From contig OY759316.1 in assembly GCA_963662275.1 (NCBI GenBank), forward strand, positions 32,001 through 96,000: DNA of 64,000 bases. Reading direction: 5' to 3'. This DNA comes from Candidatus Cloacimonadales bacterium. GTDB lineage: Bacteria; Cloacimonadota; Cloacimonadia; Cloacimonadales; DAONDQ01. Position numbers and translations under genes: made by a program. The notes beneath the pieces were generated by a model, which was not told the DNA's origin, did no database searches, and saw nothing but the letters and a program-made list of their open reading frames with translations. This document shows, piece after piece, positions 1 through 9,735 of this stretch (the first letter of the stretch is position 1; the number at the start of each line of letters is the position of its first letter).

Positions 1-373
1 TGATACCTTCACCTGGGATGGCAATTATGATATCATCTTCATCTTCAGCCAGAATATCGTCATCCATTGGTTTTAAAGATACCTGTGATCTTGCTTTTTC
101 ATATGCTTCACAGATTTCAGCAGGAGCTATCCTGAATTTTACTTTCTCTTCAGGAGTAAATATCTGATCGATTAACGGTATATACTGAATATTTGATTCC
201 AACAGAATTTTATGTAAAAGACGTTCTATCGCTTCGTCCACTTGTGGATCAGTATTTGTTTTCCTGATCAATTCATAGGCAGCAAGTGCATCCAATAATT
301 GATTCTGATCCTCATACAAACGTGCTAACGTCCAAGTTGGCGGTAATACCTGTCGATTTCCGGACACTGTCAT
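1..373 (-). CDS. hypothetical protein, 3' end outside window (MTVSGNRQVLPPTWTLARLYEDQ...)
   Basis: Manual translation: ATG at 373, 3 nt after the comEA stop, open to the window edge; TLARLYEDQ resembles a single TPR-like helix. Confidence 0.7.
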   Translation of the reverse strand, partial: MTVSGNRQVLPPTWTLARLYEDQNQLLDALAAYELIRKTNTDPQVDEAIERLLHKILLESNIQYIPLIDQIFTPEEKVKFRIAPAEICEAYEKARSQVSLKPMDDDILAEDEDDIIIAIPGEGI

Positions 374-376
374 AAT

Positions 377-991
377 CTAATCTCCCACAGTAATCAGGTC
401 TTTTAGTTTCTCATACGTTTTAGGTCCGATCCCTTTTACATCCATAATCTGCTCAGTCGTTTGGAAACTGCTAATCTCATTTCGCTTATCCAATATAGCT
501 TGTGCTTTCACAGGTCCAATTCCTGGTAACTGCATCAACTCATCAAGAGATGCTTCATTAATATTTACTTTTCCAGTAAATGGCGTTTTTCTGTCAACTT
601 GTCTAATATTTAGAGTATCGATTTCTGCACCAAACCAAATCAGGTTCGGTTTGATTTTTACCATCAGCTTCGGTCCTATCCCCTTGATTTCCATTAAATC
701 AATACAGCTTTTCAAGTCATGCGATTTTCGATACTCAAGGATATCGGTTGCTTTTTTTTCACCAATCCCGGGAAGACTCATTAAGTCTTCCTTACTAGCA
801 GTTCGAATGTCCACCATGAGAACGTGTTCAGTTTTTACTTCAGACTTCAAACTGTCAGCAACAGAATCAGTTACGGCATGCGTATTCTTCCTTCCTGAAC
901 CTACGGACAAACCCAAGATAAGAAATAAACACAGAAAAAGCAACATTCTTTGTTCCTGGTCTGTCAAGAAGTCCTTCAAGTAATTTCGCAT
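377..991 (-). CDS. comEA: ComEA-family DNA-binding protein with two helix-hairpin-helix modules
   Basis: N-terminal TM helix; two HhH units (LPGIGEKKA..IKGIGPK and VNINEAS..LPGIGPVKA..VKGIGPKTYEKL); GGAGG before ATG 991. Confidence 0.9.
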   Translation of the reverse strand: MRNYLKDFLTDQEQRMLLFLCLFLILGLSVGSGRKNTHAVTDSVADSLKSEVKTEHVLMVDIRTASKEDLMSLPGIGEKKATDILEYRKSHDLKSCIDLMEIKGIGPKLMVKIKPNLIWFGAEIDTLNIRQVDRKTPFTGKVNINEASLDELMQLPGIGPVKAQAILDKRNEISSFQTTEQIMDVKGIGPKTYEKLKDLITVGD

Positions 992-1088
992 AAGCCCTCC
1001 CACTAAATTAACTCGAGAATCATTTATATTTTGACAATCTTCTTAACTCTGCTAAAAATTGGCAAAGAATATTTCAGAAAGGCAGAAA

Positions 1089-1361
1089 ATGAGACCAATA
1101 GAACAGAAAATACTCCACAAGATAAATGATAAAAGTGCATCATATGATGATATCCTCGAGTGGATTGATGCGATATCAACGCAGGAAATGAAAAAGAGTT
1201 TCCCTGATGATTGCCACTTTCAATCTGCTAAGTATTTTGCCAAGATCATCGTTGATAATTTGTTAAGAAATAAATTAATTGTCCGTGAAGGCAACAGATT
1301 TAGCGTACCTAAAAAGGAAAATGAGAAAAGCCCGGAAAAAGCTGATCCGGACAAAGGATAA
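1089..1361 (+). CDS. small hypothetical protein, possibly winged-helix-like
   Basis: ORF directly upstream of the M3 peptidase; TTGACA at ~1032; start could be TTG 1059 or ATG 1089. Confidence 0.55.
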   Translation: MRPIEQKILHKINDKSASYDDILEWIDAISTQEMKKSFPDDCHFQSAKYFAKIIVDNLLRNKLIVREGNRFSVPKKENEKSPEKADPDKG

Positions 1362-1365
1362 AAAA

Positions 1366-3081
1366 ATGCATTTAACAACTGAAAAGATCCAGCCAATTCC
1401 CCGAAAATACTATTCACTTGATCTTGATATCACAAATTGGGAAAATGTGGAAAAAGAGTTCACAAAGCTACTTGAACTACCTTTGAATTCTCCTGATGAT
1501 CTTATTCACTTACTCGAACAGGCTACAGAATTGGGTCTTATCATTGGAGATGAGCTGAGCTGGCGTTACATTCGCATGACGCTAAATGCTGATGATGAAA
1601 CTTACGAACAGAACTATACTACTTATTACGCCAGCATCTATTCAAAGGTGCTTCCCTATAATTTTGAGATTCAGAAGATGTTCTATAACAGTCCTTATCG
1701 AAAGCAACTTAATCCTGAAGTCTATGGTCATTTAAATCAAATTATCTCGAATTACATTGAGTTGTTCCGGGAAGAAAACATACCGCTGAAGGTACAGGAA
1801 GCGGAACTGAATAATAAATACGGTTCAATTTATGGAAAAATGACAGCCGTGTTTGATGGACAAGAGCGTACTATGGCTCAAATTGGAACCTATCTCAAAA
1901 ATCCTGATCGTAAAATTCGAGAAGAAGCATGGAGACTTAGATTTAAAAAACTTCAGGAAAACAGTAAAGACTTTGACCAGTTGTTTGATGAGCTGAAGGG
2001 AATCCGTATGCAAATGGCAAAAAATGCTGGTTTTGATAATTATCGTGACTATATGCATCGGAATATGGGACGTTTTGCCTATACACCCCAGGATTTGATG
2101 AATTTCCACGATGCTGTAGAGAAAACAGTTTTGCCTTTCCTTAAAGAACAAACAAAACACCGACAGGAAATTCTTAGGCTGGAAAGTGTTCGTCCCTGGG
2201 ATACTTCTGTAGACTTGGATGGTAAGGTTCTAAAGCCCTTTGAAACAACAGATGAATTTGTCATCAAGGCAATTCGTATCTTGGAAAAAGTTTATCCCGA
2301 ATATGCTGATCAACTGCAAAAAATGCAGAATACAGGTCTACTTGACTTAGAGAATCGAAAAGGGAAAGCCCCCGGAGGTTATAATAATGGTCTCAATGAA
2401 CTCGGTTCTTCCTTTATCTTTATGAATGCTGTAAAAATGCACCGAGATGTTGTGACTCTCCTGCACGAAGCTGGGCATGCTATGCATTCAATGTCAATGC
2501 CGCACATTAGTATTGAGTATTATCGAGAAACTCCATCAGAGGTGGCTGAACTGGCTTCCATGTCGATGGAATTATTGACGATGGATTACTGGGATGAATA
2601 TTACAAGGATGCAGATGATTTGAAGAAAGCAAAGCGAGACCAATTGGAAGGAACCCTCGCCTTCCTGCCTTGGTGTATGATCGTTGATGCGTTTCAACAA
2701 TGGATGTACACGCATCCGGAACATACGGTTGAAGAAAGATATGATTATTTTATGACCCTGTCAGAAAGATTTGGGACCGGTGTGGATTGGTCAGGATTAG
2801 AAGAGTTAAGAAAGATTTCATGGATGTTCCAATTGCATATATTTGAAGTACCATTCTATTACATAGAATATGGTATGGCGCAGCTCGGAGCACTGGCAAT
2901 CTATAAAAACTATAAACAGAATGGGAAGAAAGCTATTCAGGCTTATCAGGATTTCCTTGACTTAGGATATACAAAACCTGTAGATGAATTATATCGTGCT
3001 GCTGGGATAAAATTCGATTTCTCCAATCAATATCTTTCTGAATTGGTTGATTTCGTAAAACAGGAATTGGATCAATTGTAG
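1366..3081 (+). CDS. M3 family oligoendopeptidase (PepF-like)
   Basis: HEAGH zinc motif, EVAELASMSME, GKAPGGY, HIFEVPFYYIEY; ATG 1366 preceded by AAAGGA. Confidence 0.92.
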   Translation: MHLTTEKIQPIPRKYYSLDLDITNWENVEKEFTKLLELPLNSPDDLIHLLEQATELGLIIGDELSWRYIRMTLNADDETYEQNYTTYYASIYSKVLPYNFEIQKMFYNSPYRKQLNPEVYGHLNQIISNYIELFREENIPLKVQEAELNNKYGSIYGKMTAVFDGQERTMAQIGTYLKNPDRKIREEAWRLRFKKLQENSKDFDQLFDELKGIRMQMAKNAGFDNYRDYMHRNMGRFAYTPQDLMNFHDAVEKTVLPFLKEQTKHRQEILRLESVRPWDTSVDLDGKVLKPFETTDEFVIKAIRILEKVYPEYADQLQKMQNTGLLDLENRKGKAPGGYNNGLNELGSSFIFMNAVKMHRDVVTLLHEAGHAMHSMSMPHISIEYYRETPSEVAELASMSMELLTMDYWDEYYKDADDLKKAKRDQLEGTLAFLPWCMIVDAFQQWMYTHPEHTVEERYDYFMTLSERFGTGVDWSGLEELRKISWMFQLHIFEVPFYYIEYGMAQLGALAIYKNYKQNGKKAIQAYQDFLDLGYTKPVDELYRAAGIKFDFSNQYLSELVDFVKQELDQL

Positions 3082-3154
3082 GGATAGACCTATGTGTCTA
3101 TCCTCTGGAAAGTTATGATTCGTTGTTTGGATAGACAAAAAGGTCTATCCCTAC
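3078..3154. repeat. GTAG-REP-like inverted doublet (GTAGGGATAGACC...GGTCTATCCCTAC)
   Basis: Two inverted hairpin units; left unit differs by 1 nt in 29 from the copy at 57129. Confidence 0.85.
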
Positions 3155-3172
3155 ATTAAATGGAGGATTATC

Positions 3173-3727
3173 ATGAATACTGTTCAAAGCGATTATCTTC
3201 TGAAATTAGCGCGATCCAGTATCTTATCTTACTTGGAAAGCGGTAGGCAAAATGTTCCTCCTAAACCTGAAGATCCTATGCTGTTAGATGAAAGAGCTGT
3301 TTTTATCACTTTGACAAAAAATGGCAGCTTAAGAGGCTGCATCGGTCATTTAAGGGCTCGGGAACCACTTTACAAAGCTGTTGCTGAAATGGCTATTGCG
3401 GCAGCAGTTGATGATAGTCGTTTTTCACGAGTAACGAAACATGAATTAGAGCAGTTAAAGATTTCTATTTCCATTCTGTCTCCATTAAGTCGGATTCATG
3501 ACTGGCAACAGATACGTCTGGAAATTGATGGTGTTTGGGTGATAAAAGGTTACCAGAATGGCGTTTTCCTTCCCCAGGTTGCCACTGAAACTGGTTGGGA
3601 TCTAGAAACTTTCCTTCAACACTTATGCAGAGATAAAGCCGGATTATCTGCAAATGCATATCAAGATAAAGATACCGAAATCTATATTTTTCAAGTGGAA
3701 AAGATCGAAGATGCCCCAGATCTTTGA
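3173..3727 (+). CDS. amrA: AmmeMemoRadiSam system protein A (AMMECR1 domain)
   Basis: AVFITL..LRGCIG, DSRF, ISISILSPL, GVFLPQVA motifs. Confidence 0.9.
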   Translation: MNTVQSDYLLKLARSSILSYLESGRQNVPPKPEDPMLLDERAVFITLTKNGSLRGCIGHLRAREPLYKAVAEMAIAAAVDDSRFSRVTKHELEQLKISISILSPLSRIHDWQQIRLEIDGVWVIKGYQNGVFLPQVATETGWDLETFLQHLCRDKAGLSANAYQDKDTEIYIFQVEKIEDAPDL

Positions 3728-3781
3728 ATTAGTAGATGCTTAAATACTTCAAAATCATGAATTAAAAAAATAGGAGGCTCA

Positions 3782-4885
3782 ATGAAAACAAAACTCATCA
3801 TTCTCATTCTTACCTTATGCGCCATGCTATCTCTCTTGAATGCAACTGATGATCTACAGACAACAATGTCTAAACTATCAGGTACTGCTGGGAAAAGCTA
3901 TGTTGATCCATTTGCACAGTCTATGATGGTTGATTTCAACGGGGGTTGGTTTCATAAGGTACCTAAGTCCAAATTTTTAGGCTTGGATTTGGAATTTGGT
4001 TTTGTTGGTATGGGTACATTCTTCAACAGTGATCAAAAAACATTTCAAACTGACAATGCTTCATTCCGTTTTACTGATGCGCAGGCTGAAGAGCTTATTG
4101 CAGGAGTTACTTATCCTGCATCTGCTCATGATCAGTTGATTGATCAGATCACAGGGCAAGACTTTTTTGTCAATTTTTCCGGTCCGACAATCATTGGTAA
4201 AGAATACGATGCAGTTACTGGTGAAAACTCCATTAATGTTAACTTTCAAGGTACAGTAATTCCTGTATCAACAGTAGGCGGTTCTCAAGATATTACGATT
4301 CCTGCAAAGAGTGTTCCTTTGAAAATCGGTGGTATTTTAAGTGATCTACCCGCGATGCCTTTAGCTGCTCCACAACTGACATTAGGTACTATTGCTGGAA
4401 CGCAGCTTTCTTTTAGATATTTACCCGAAATGACGACAACCGATCAAATTGGTAACATTAAATATTCCGGTTTCGGTATCCAGCACAATCCAATGTATTG
4501 GTCTCCGATCAAGATTCCTGTAGATGTAGCATTAGCGTTTTTCACTCAAAACCTGAAAGTGGGAGAAATAGCAGAGATTAGTGGATCCACAATCGGAATA
4601 AACGTAGCAAAGACTTTTGGTGCGAAATTGCTCAGTGTAACTCCATATGGTGGACTTGCTTCTGAATCGGCAAAAGTGAAATTCCACTACAATTATGTCC
4701 CTGAAGTTGCAAGTGGATCAACCGCCGTTCCTGTTAAAGTTGCCTTTGATATTAAGGGGGAAAATACCACAAGAGCAACATTAGGTTTGAGTTTTAGATT
4801 AGCAATTATCAATCTGAATTTCGATTACAACCTAGGTAAATACTCGTCTGGTACATTTGGATTTATGTTCAATTTTAGTTGGTAA
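3782..4885 (+). CDS. exported, probable outer-membrane beta-barrel protein (DUF6588-like)
   Basis: Signal peptide, amphipathic beta strands, terminal aromatic FSW; AGGAGG RBS. Confidence 0.6.
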   Translation: MKTKLIILILTLCAMLSLLNATDDLQTTMSKLSGTAGKSYVDPFAQSMMVDFNGGWFHKVPKSKFLGLDLEFGFVGMGTFFNSDQKTFQTDNASFRFTDAQAEELIAGVTYPASAHDQLIDQITGQDFFVNFSGPTIIGKEYDAVTGENSINVNFQGTVIPVSTVGGSQDITIPAKSVPLKIGGILSDLPAMPLAAPQLTLGTIAGTQLSFRYLPEMTTTDQIGNIKYSGFGIQHNPMYWSPIKIPVDVALAFFTQNLKVGEIAEISGSTIGINVAKTFGAKLLSVTPYGGLASESAKVKFHYNYVPEVASGSTAVPVKVAFDIKGENTTRATLGLSFRLAIINLNFDYNLGKYSSGTFGFMFNFSW

Positions 4886-4899
4886 TATATAAATCAAAT

Positions 4900-4927
4900 A
4901 AAAACCCCACTGCATGGTGGGGTTTTT
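4900..4927. terminator. bidirectional intrinsic terminator
   Basis: AAAAACCCCAC-tgcatg-GTGGGGTTTTT. Confidence 0.8.
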
Positions 4928-4960
4928 GATAACTAGAAATTTCAAAGGCATTACTATATC

Positions 4961-4999
4961 AAAAAAAAAGACTGCCAGAGGATTAACTGACAGCCTTTT
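4961..4999 (-). terminator. intrinsic terminator, minus strand
   Basis: Minus strand GGCTGTCAG-loop-CTGGCAGTC followed by T9. Confidence 0.7.
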
Positions 5000-5453
5000 G
5001 AGATTTATGAGGAATGTTTATTATTTCAGTCTTTATTTTTATGCACATCCACAAAATGAAACACAGAGATTTGTTTCAATACTGTGATTAATAAGCAGGA
5101 CTTGACCCATCGGTAAGGAAATTTGTAACTAATTGTGTTAATGGAAGATGTGTATATATTACATAAAATATAATGGCAAATTATACTACTAGGATTAGTT
5201 GTGAAAAGACATTATTCTATCCGTTTTTGTAACTTAATTTAGCTCTTAGCGTTGACTGCCTGAGAACATTCTTATTGAAGGAATATGCCGTTTTGTTTGA
5301 TTTAATGATATTCAAGCGGGATTGCATTTGATAGCTTATTCTAGTCTTTGAATTTCCCCAAGCTATGTTTTATGAGTAGGCAATTTGTACACCCCAAAAA
5401 GCCATTTATGGCAAATAATACATCAGGAATTATGTAACGAAGATCTATAATAC

Positions 5454-6806
5454 TCAATGTTTCGAAACATATGCCTGCATATCGAATTTACGTTCTAAAC
5501 CGGAAGAAGTCATCGTCCGAACAGTTCCAAAGATAGGTCTTGTTGCCCAGGGTCTGTCATGTTTACCGAAACACCAGGCGATACCGGCAAAGCTATTGGG
5601 GTCACGACCATCCATTTGATACTTGTTGTTCAGATAGAGAGAGAACTCATAGGCACTCATCGGATCAGGTATCCATTCCAATATCTTCTTTCCCCAGTAC
5701 ATACGCATATAGTTGTGTATCGTACCGGCATTCACCATTTCCCGTTGAGCTGCATTCCAATAAGGATCATGGGTATCAGCATTTTCCAGTTGTTCATAGG
5801 AATATGTGACTATCCTGCAATCTCCTGCATGATCAAGTAAGGTTTTATAAGCCCAGGAAGGAAGGTTGTCAAAGGTGTCATAATGCTTATTAAACCAGCA
5901 AAAGTTCAAGCTGAGTTCGCGCCTCACGATCAGTTCTTCCAGGAAAACAGCTTTTGCTTCCTCGCTGAACTCTGATTTGATCACTTGTTTTGCAATGAAG
6001 ATGGGTGAGATTTGTCCAAAATGAAGATAGGGACTTAAGCCTGATGTAGCATCCAAATCAGGGTGATTGCGATCCCAATCATATCTTTCAAGTTTATTCT
6101 GAATGAAATCATTCAATTTGCGAATCGCTACTGAAGTTCCACCTTTCATTTCTTTCCCCCGTGAAGGATATGCAGATATCTTCATACTTTCTAATAAATT
6201 ATCAATATCCGAAATATCTATTCCCTTCGGGAGTGATGAGATTTGCTGATTCAGAACTAATCTTGCTTCAGGAAGTTTATCTTCCGTAAGGAATTGATCC
6301 AGCAAACGATGAATCTTAGGTCTGAGGGTCCTGGCAGCATACTCCTGGTGATCAGATACTGTTTCCACAGGAATAATAGAATCAGTCTCAATTTCAATCA
6401 TGGAACAATCAATAACATCTGCAATGTCATAACGCCATTTACGTTGGATACGTAAGTATCCGCGATCTGTGATCAAACAGGCTGCTGCTTTTGCTAAGTG
6501 GGGTATTTCTACTGTTGGATCACCCATATATATATTGAAGCTCAGTGCCATTTTCCGGCATTGTTTGACCAGTTCTTGAAGTCCTTCCAGCATAAAAGCA
6601 TAGTGTCTGGCAGTTGCCTCGGGAAATGATGGTGCCAGGATAAAACATATCTCTAATGGTATTTGCAGTCGGTTTGCTTCATCAATGGAATAATTCAGGG
6701 CAAGATTTGATTCAATGCGTTGTGCTTGCTGCATCCAGTATAGCACAAATGTGTCGGGCAGAATGGGTTTATCATTCAGGATGTGGATTCTTTCAGATTT
6801 AATCAT
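5454..6806 (-). CDS. phrB: deoxyribodipyrimidine photolyase, class II CPD type
   Basis: VLYWM, SGLSPYLHFGQIS, EELIVRREL, THDPYWNAAQ, HNYMRMYWGKKILEW, DGRDPNSFAGIAWCFG. Confidence 0.95.
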   Translation of the reverse strand: MIKSERIHILNDKPILPDTFVLYWMQQAQRIESNLALNYSIDEANRLQIPLEICFILAPSFPEATARHYAFMLEGLQELVKQCRKMALSFNIYMGDPTVEIPHLAKAAACLITDRGYLRIQRKWRYDIADVIDCSMIEIETDSIIPVETVSDHQEYAARTLRPKIHRLLDQFLTEDKLPEARLVLNQQISSLPKGIDISDIDNLLESMKISAYPSRGKEMKGGTSVAIRKLNDFIQNKLERYDWDRNHPDLDATSGLSPYLHFGQISPIFIAKQVIKSEFSEEAKAVFLEELIVRRELSLNFCWFNKHYDTFDNLPSWAYKTLLDHAGDCRIVTYSYEQLENADTHDPYWNAAQREMVNAGTIHNYMRMYWGKKILEWIPDPMSAYEFSLYLNNKYQMDGRDPNSFAGIAWCFGKHDRPWATRPIFGTVRTMTSSGLERKFDMQAYVSKH

Positions 6807-6814
6807 TTCAGTCT

Positions 6815-7825
6815 CTATTTGACTTCAAGCATGTGGAATACAGGAGATATTTCACCAACTATGAGGTTGTCATCATTCAGATTATGACAGTGATGAAATG
6901 AGGAAAGTTTTTCAAATTCAGATGAAGACAGAAGATTCAAATCATGCAATATCTGCATTGCTGCCAGTGGAATCATGTCAAGAGAACCATCTTCAATTTT
7001 TAAAGCGATTGCAATTTGAGGTTTTCTGATTCCGATACAATAAATACCTTTAGCACCAATTTTCCCTATCATTCTTCCATTGGTTACAGCCATCAGGGAA
7101 GTACAGAACCCTCCAGTACCTGCTACCATTTCAGGGTGGGTATTCATGGTATTGAATATCCTGTTTGCTGCATCCCGGTATTGAATTGGCAGAAAGTCAG
7201 GATTCGCAAGGTTCATAAAACCAATTGCCATGTTATATATTGGCATTCCAAAGACAGGTACTGAACAGCCATCAATACCAATTTCAATCCGGTTTGAAGG
7301 ATATTCGCAGACATCTCCGATGAGTGTCAGTATTTCTTTTTGCAGAGGATGTGATGGATCGATGTAATTGTGAATCGGATAACCCTTATAGACACATACA
7401 GCTAGCATACCTGAATGCTTCCCTGTGCAGTCACTGAATTTACGATCAGGTTTATATCCAAGACGAGTATGCTTTTCAGCTACTTCAGGCTTAAGAGACA
7501 TCGCAGGTCCGCATAGAAGCGCACTTTCATCAAGACCGATTTTATACAGAATGGAGCTCACGGTTTCCATATGAAAATCTTCTGCATAATGAGAAGAGCA
7601 CATGACAGATAATTCCTTCTCTGAAAAGTGAAAATGATCTGCAGCTCCGGATAGGATAACTTGCATGGCTTGAATGGGTTTGGCAGCAGACCTTAAATAT
7701 GTATATTTATGGATATCGCCACAGGAAGCGATAACCTCATTTCTTGGTTTGATAACAACAGCATCACCGCGATAAATCGCTTCGACTACATTTCCACGTG
7801 TTTCATGAATGAAAATTTCAGACAT
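6815..7825 (-). CDS. L-asparaginase II family (Rhizobium AnsA-type)
   Basis: RSAAKPIQA, CSSH, DCTGKHSGML (NCSGKH-like), GIDGCSVP, KIEDG. Confidence 0.88.
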   Translation of the reverse strand: MSEIFIHETRGNVVEAIYRGDAVVIKPRNEVIASCGDIHKYTYLRSAAKPIQAMQVILSGAADHFHFSEKELSVMCSSHYAEDFHMETVSSILYKIGLDESALLCGPAMSLKPEVAEKHTRLGYKPDRKFSDCTGKHSGMLAVCVYKGYPIHNYIDPSHPLQKEILTLIGDVCEYPSNRIEIGIDGCSVPVFGMPIYNMAIGFMNLANPDFLPIQYRDAANRIFNTMNTHPEMVAGTGGFCTSLMAVTNGRMIGKIGAKGIYCIGIRKPQIAIALKIEDGSLDMIPLAAMQILHDLNLLSSSEFEKLSSFHHCHNLNDDNLIVGEISPVFHMLEVK

Positions 7826-7854
7826 TTATACCTCCAGATTGGTGAAGAAGGGAA

Positions 7855-8035
7855 TAGCGTACAGCATATGGCGTACAGCGTACAGGGAAGAAGAGAAGAA
7901 CTAGCTTTCCCTGTTGTACTTCGACTCCGCTCAGTAACCCCTTTTCGTCTGATCCCCCTTCATTTGTAAAGGGAGGGGTTAGGGGAGAGCTTGTTCTGAC
8001 ACTTCTGGATCAGTTTCCGATTCGCTCAGTAACCG
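7855..8035. repeat. mosaic intergenic repeats: heptamer array, AGAGAAGAACT linker, TTCGACTCCGCTCAGTAACC (x2, one degenerate), CCCTTC..GGGAGGGG hairpin
   Basis: Direct reading; the same modules recur at 32.4, 36.7, 41, 57.3 and 60.5 kb. Confidence 0.7.
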
Positions 8036-8101
8036 CATCTCGTTTGTACAAATCGCACTCTCACGTTACATACGAAAGAGAAAAAACAGAGCAAAAGAGG
8101 A

Positions 8102-9571
8102 TCAATTTTCATCAAATGTAAGGGTCGGTTGATCAATAATTCCCTCTGAATCATCCATCGCTTCTGCAATTTCTACTAAATTCGCTTCGATCTGTTTATT
8201 TGTCTTGGCACCAAGTTTCTTTAGCTTTTCCACGCTGACAACCAGGTTACCCGAACCTGATTGGAGTTGTTTCATGGCAAGTTCAGAGGATTCCATAGCC
8301 TTGCCCATATGCTTTTGAATATCTTCCAGGTTTTTGACAAAGCCGATGAATTTATCGTAGAGTCTTCCCGCCTGTTCAGCAATTTCCTTGGAATTACGAT
8401 TTTGATATTCATAAGTCCATATGTTTTGAATAGTTCTCAGGGTCACTAATAGGGTAGATGGACATACAATGACGATATTCTTGTTGAAAGCATCGCTGAA
8501 TAAAGTGTTATCCTTTTCTATAGCTGCCAGGAAAGCAGATTCTATAGGGATGAACATCAGCACAAAATCAGGTGCATGAAGATCTTTAATACTTTCATAT
8601 TCCTTGCTGCTGAGACCTTTTATGTGATTGCGAATGGAAGCAATATGCGCTTTGAAGGAAGCTAGGCGAATCTCTTCAGATTCACCCGAAATGTAACTTT
8701 CATAATCTTTCAGTGATACTTTGGAATCAATGATCACATGCTTTTTCCCGGGCAGCATAACGACAACATCAGGGCGCTGCATATTCCCATCGGCATCCCT
8801 GAACGTGGGTTGAATCTGATATTCTATATCCTTTCTCAGTCCTGAGTTTTCCAGGATGCGTTCCAGGATAACTTCGCCCCAATTACCCTGTGTTTTGGAT
8901 TCTGACTTCAGGGCTTTGGTCAGATTCCTGGCTTCTTCACTGATTTCATTATTGAGTGTCTTGAGGATTTGTATTTCTTTCAAGAGAGCTGTACGTTGCT
9001 GTGTTTCAGAGTCATATACAGTTTCGACCTTGGTTTTAAAATCTTTTAATTGCTCTTTGAGAGGGGATAACAGCCCGTCAAGGTTTGTCTTATTCTGTTC
9101 AGTAAATTTACTGCCTTTTTCTTCAAAAATCTTATTTGCAAGATTCTCAAATTCAGTTTTAAGCTGATCTTTTGCTTCCAACAGGATCTTCAGCTTTTCA
9201 TCTGATTGTCTTCTTTCTGCATCCAATAATGTATTCAACTTACTCAGTGTTGTTTTTAATTCAGTGATTTCGGTTTGTTTTACCGTATTTTCAACACGTT
9301 GCTGTTGCAGATCATTTTCCACTATCGGAATACGTTTTACCTGCTCTTCCAGTTGAGCTTTTTCAAGAGATAAAGCATCAGCCGATGATCTGAACTTTTC
9401 AACATCAGATTTAATGGTTTGGGAATCTTGAATTAGCTGGTCTTTTTGATTCTGAAGATCTTGAATTTTCTCATCGAGAGATATGGTTCTGGCTCGATTC
9501 ACTTGCTTCATGAAGAACCAGGAAAAACACATGCCAATAATAATGGCTATTATTAGATAGAGTATTATCAT
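8102..9571 (-). CDS. rmuC: DNA recombination protein RmuC
   Basis: TM helix plus coiled coil, QGNWGEVILERILENSGL, RPDVVV, IIDSKVSL, DFVLMFIPIE, PSTLLVTLRTI. Confidence 0.95.
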   Translation of the reverse strand: MIILYLIIAIIIGMCFSWFFMKQVNRARTISLDEKIQDLQNQKDQLIQDSQTIKSDVEKFRSSADALSLEKAQLEEQVKRIPIVENDLQQQRVENTVKQTEITELKTTLSKLNTLLDAERRQSDEKLKILLEAKDQLKTEFENLANKIFEEKGSKFTEQNKTNLDGLLSPLKEQLKDFKTKVETVYDSETQQRTALLKEIQILKTLNNEISEEARNLTKALKSESKTQGNWGEVILERILENSGLRKDIEYQIQPTFRDADGNMQRPDVVVMLPGKKHVIIDSKVSLKDYESYISGESEEIRLASFKAHIASIRNHIKGLSSKEYESIKDLHAPDFVLMFIPIESAFLAAIEKDNTLFSDAFNKNIVIVCPSTLLVTLRTIQNIWTYEYQNRNSKEIAEQAGRLYDKFIGFVKNLEDIQKHMGKAMESSELAMKQLQSGSGNLVVSVEKLKKLGAKTNKQIEANLVEIAEAMDDSEGIIDQPTLTFDEN

Positions 9572-9602
9572 AAAATCTCCCCCTCTGGATGAATATGTGT
9601 AT

Positions 9603-9729
9603 GTAGGGGTCCGCGTCAGCAGACCCATTTTCTTCAGTCATTTGAATTCGTGAACGAGACTGCTGACGAGTACCCCATTTTCTTCTGGATTTGAACTCAT
9701 GAAACGGGTCTGCTGACGCGGACCCCTAC
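9603..9729. repeat. GTAG-REP-like cluster (GTAGGGGTCCGCGTCAGCAGACCC ... GGGTCTGCTGACGCGGACCCCTAC)
   Basis: Perfect 24-bp terminal inverted units with an internal degenerate copy. Confidence 0.85.
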
Positions 9730-9735
9730 ATGATA

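Noticed and set aside
3173..3727. Complete AmmeMemoRadiSam system
   Set aside because: Only protein A is here; the radical SAM gene at 24.3 kb is a different (SPASM/Twitch) type and is distant
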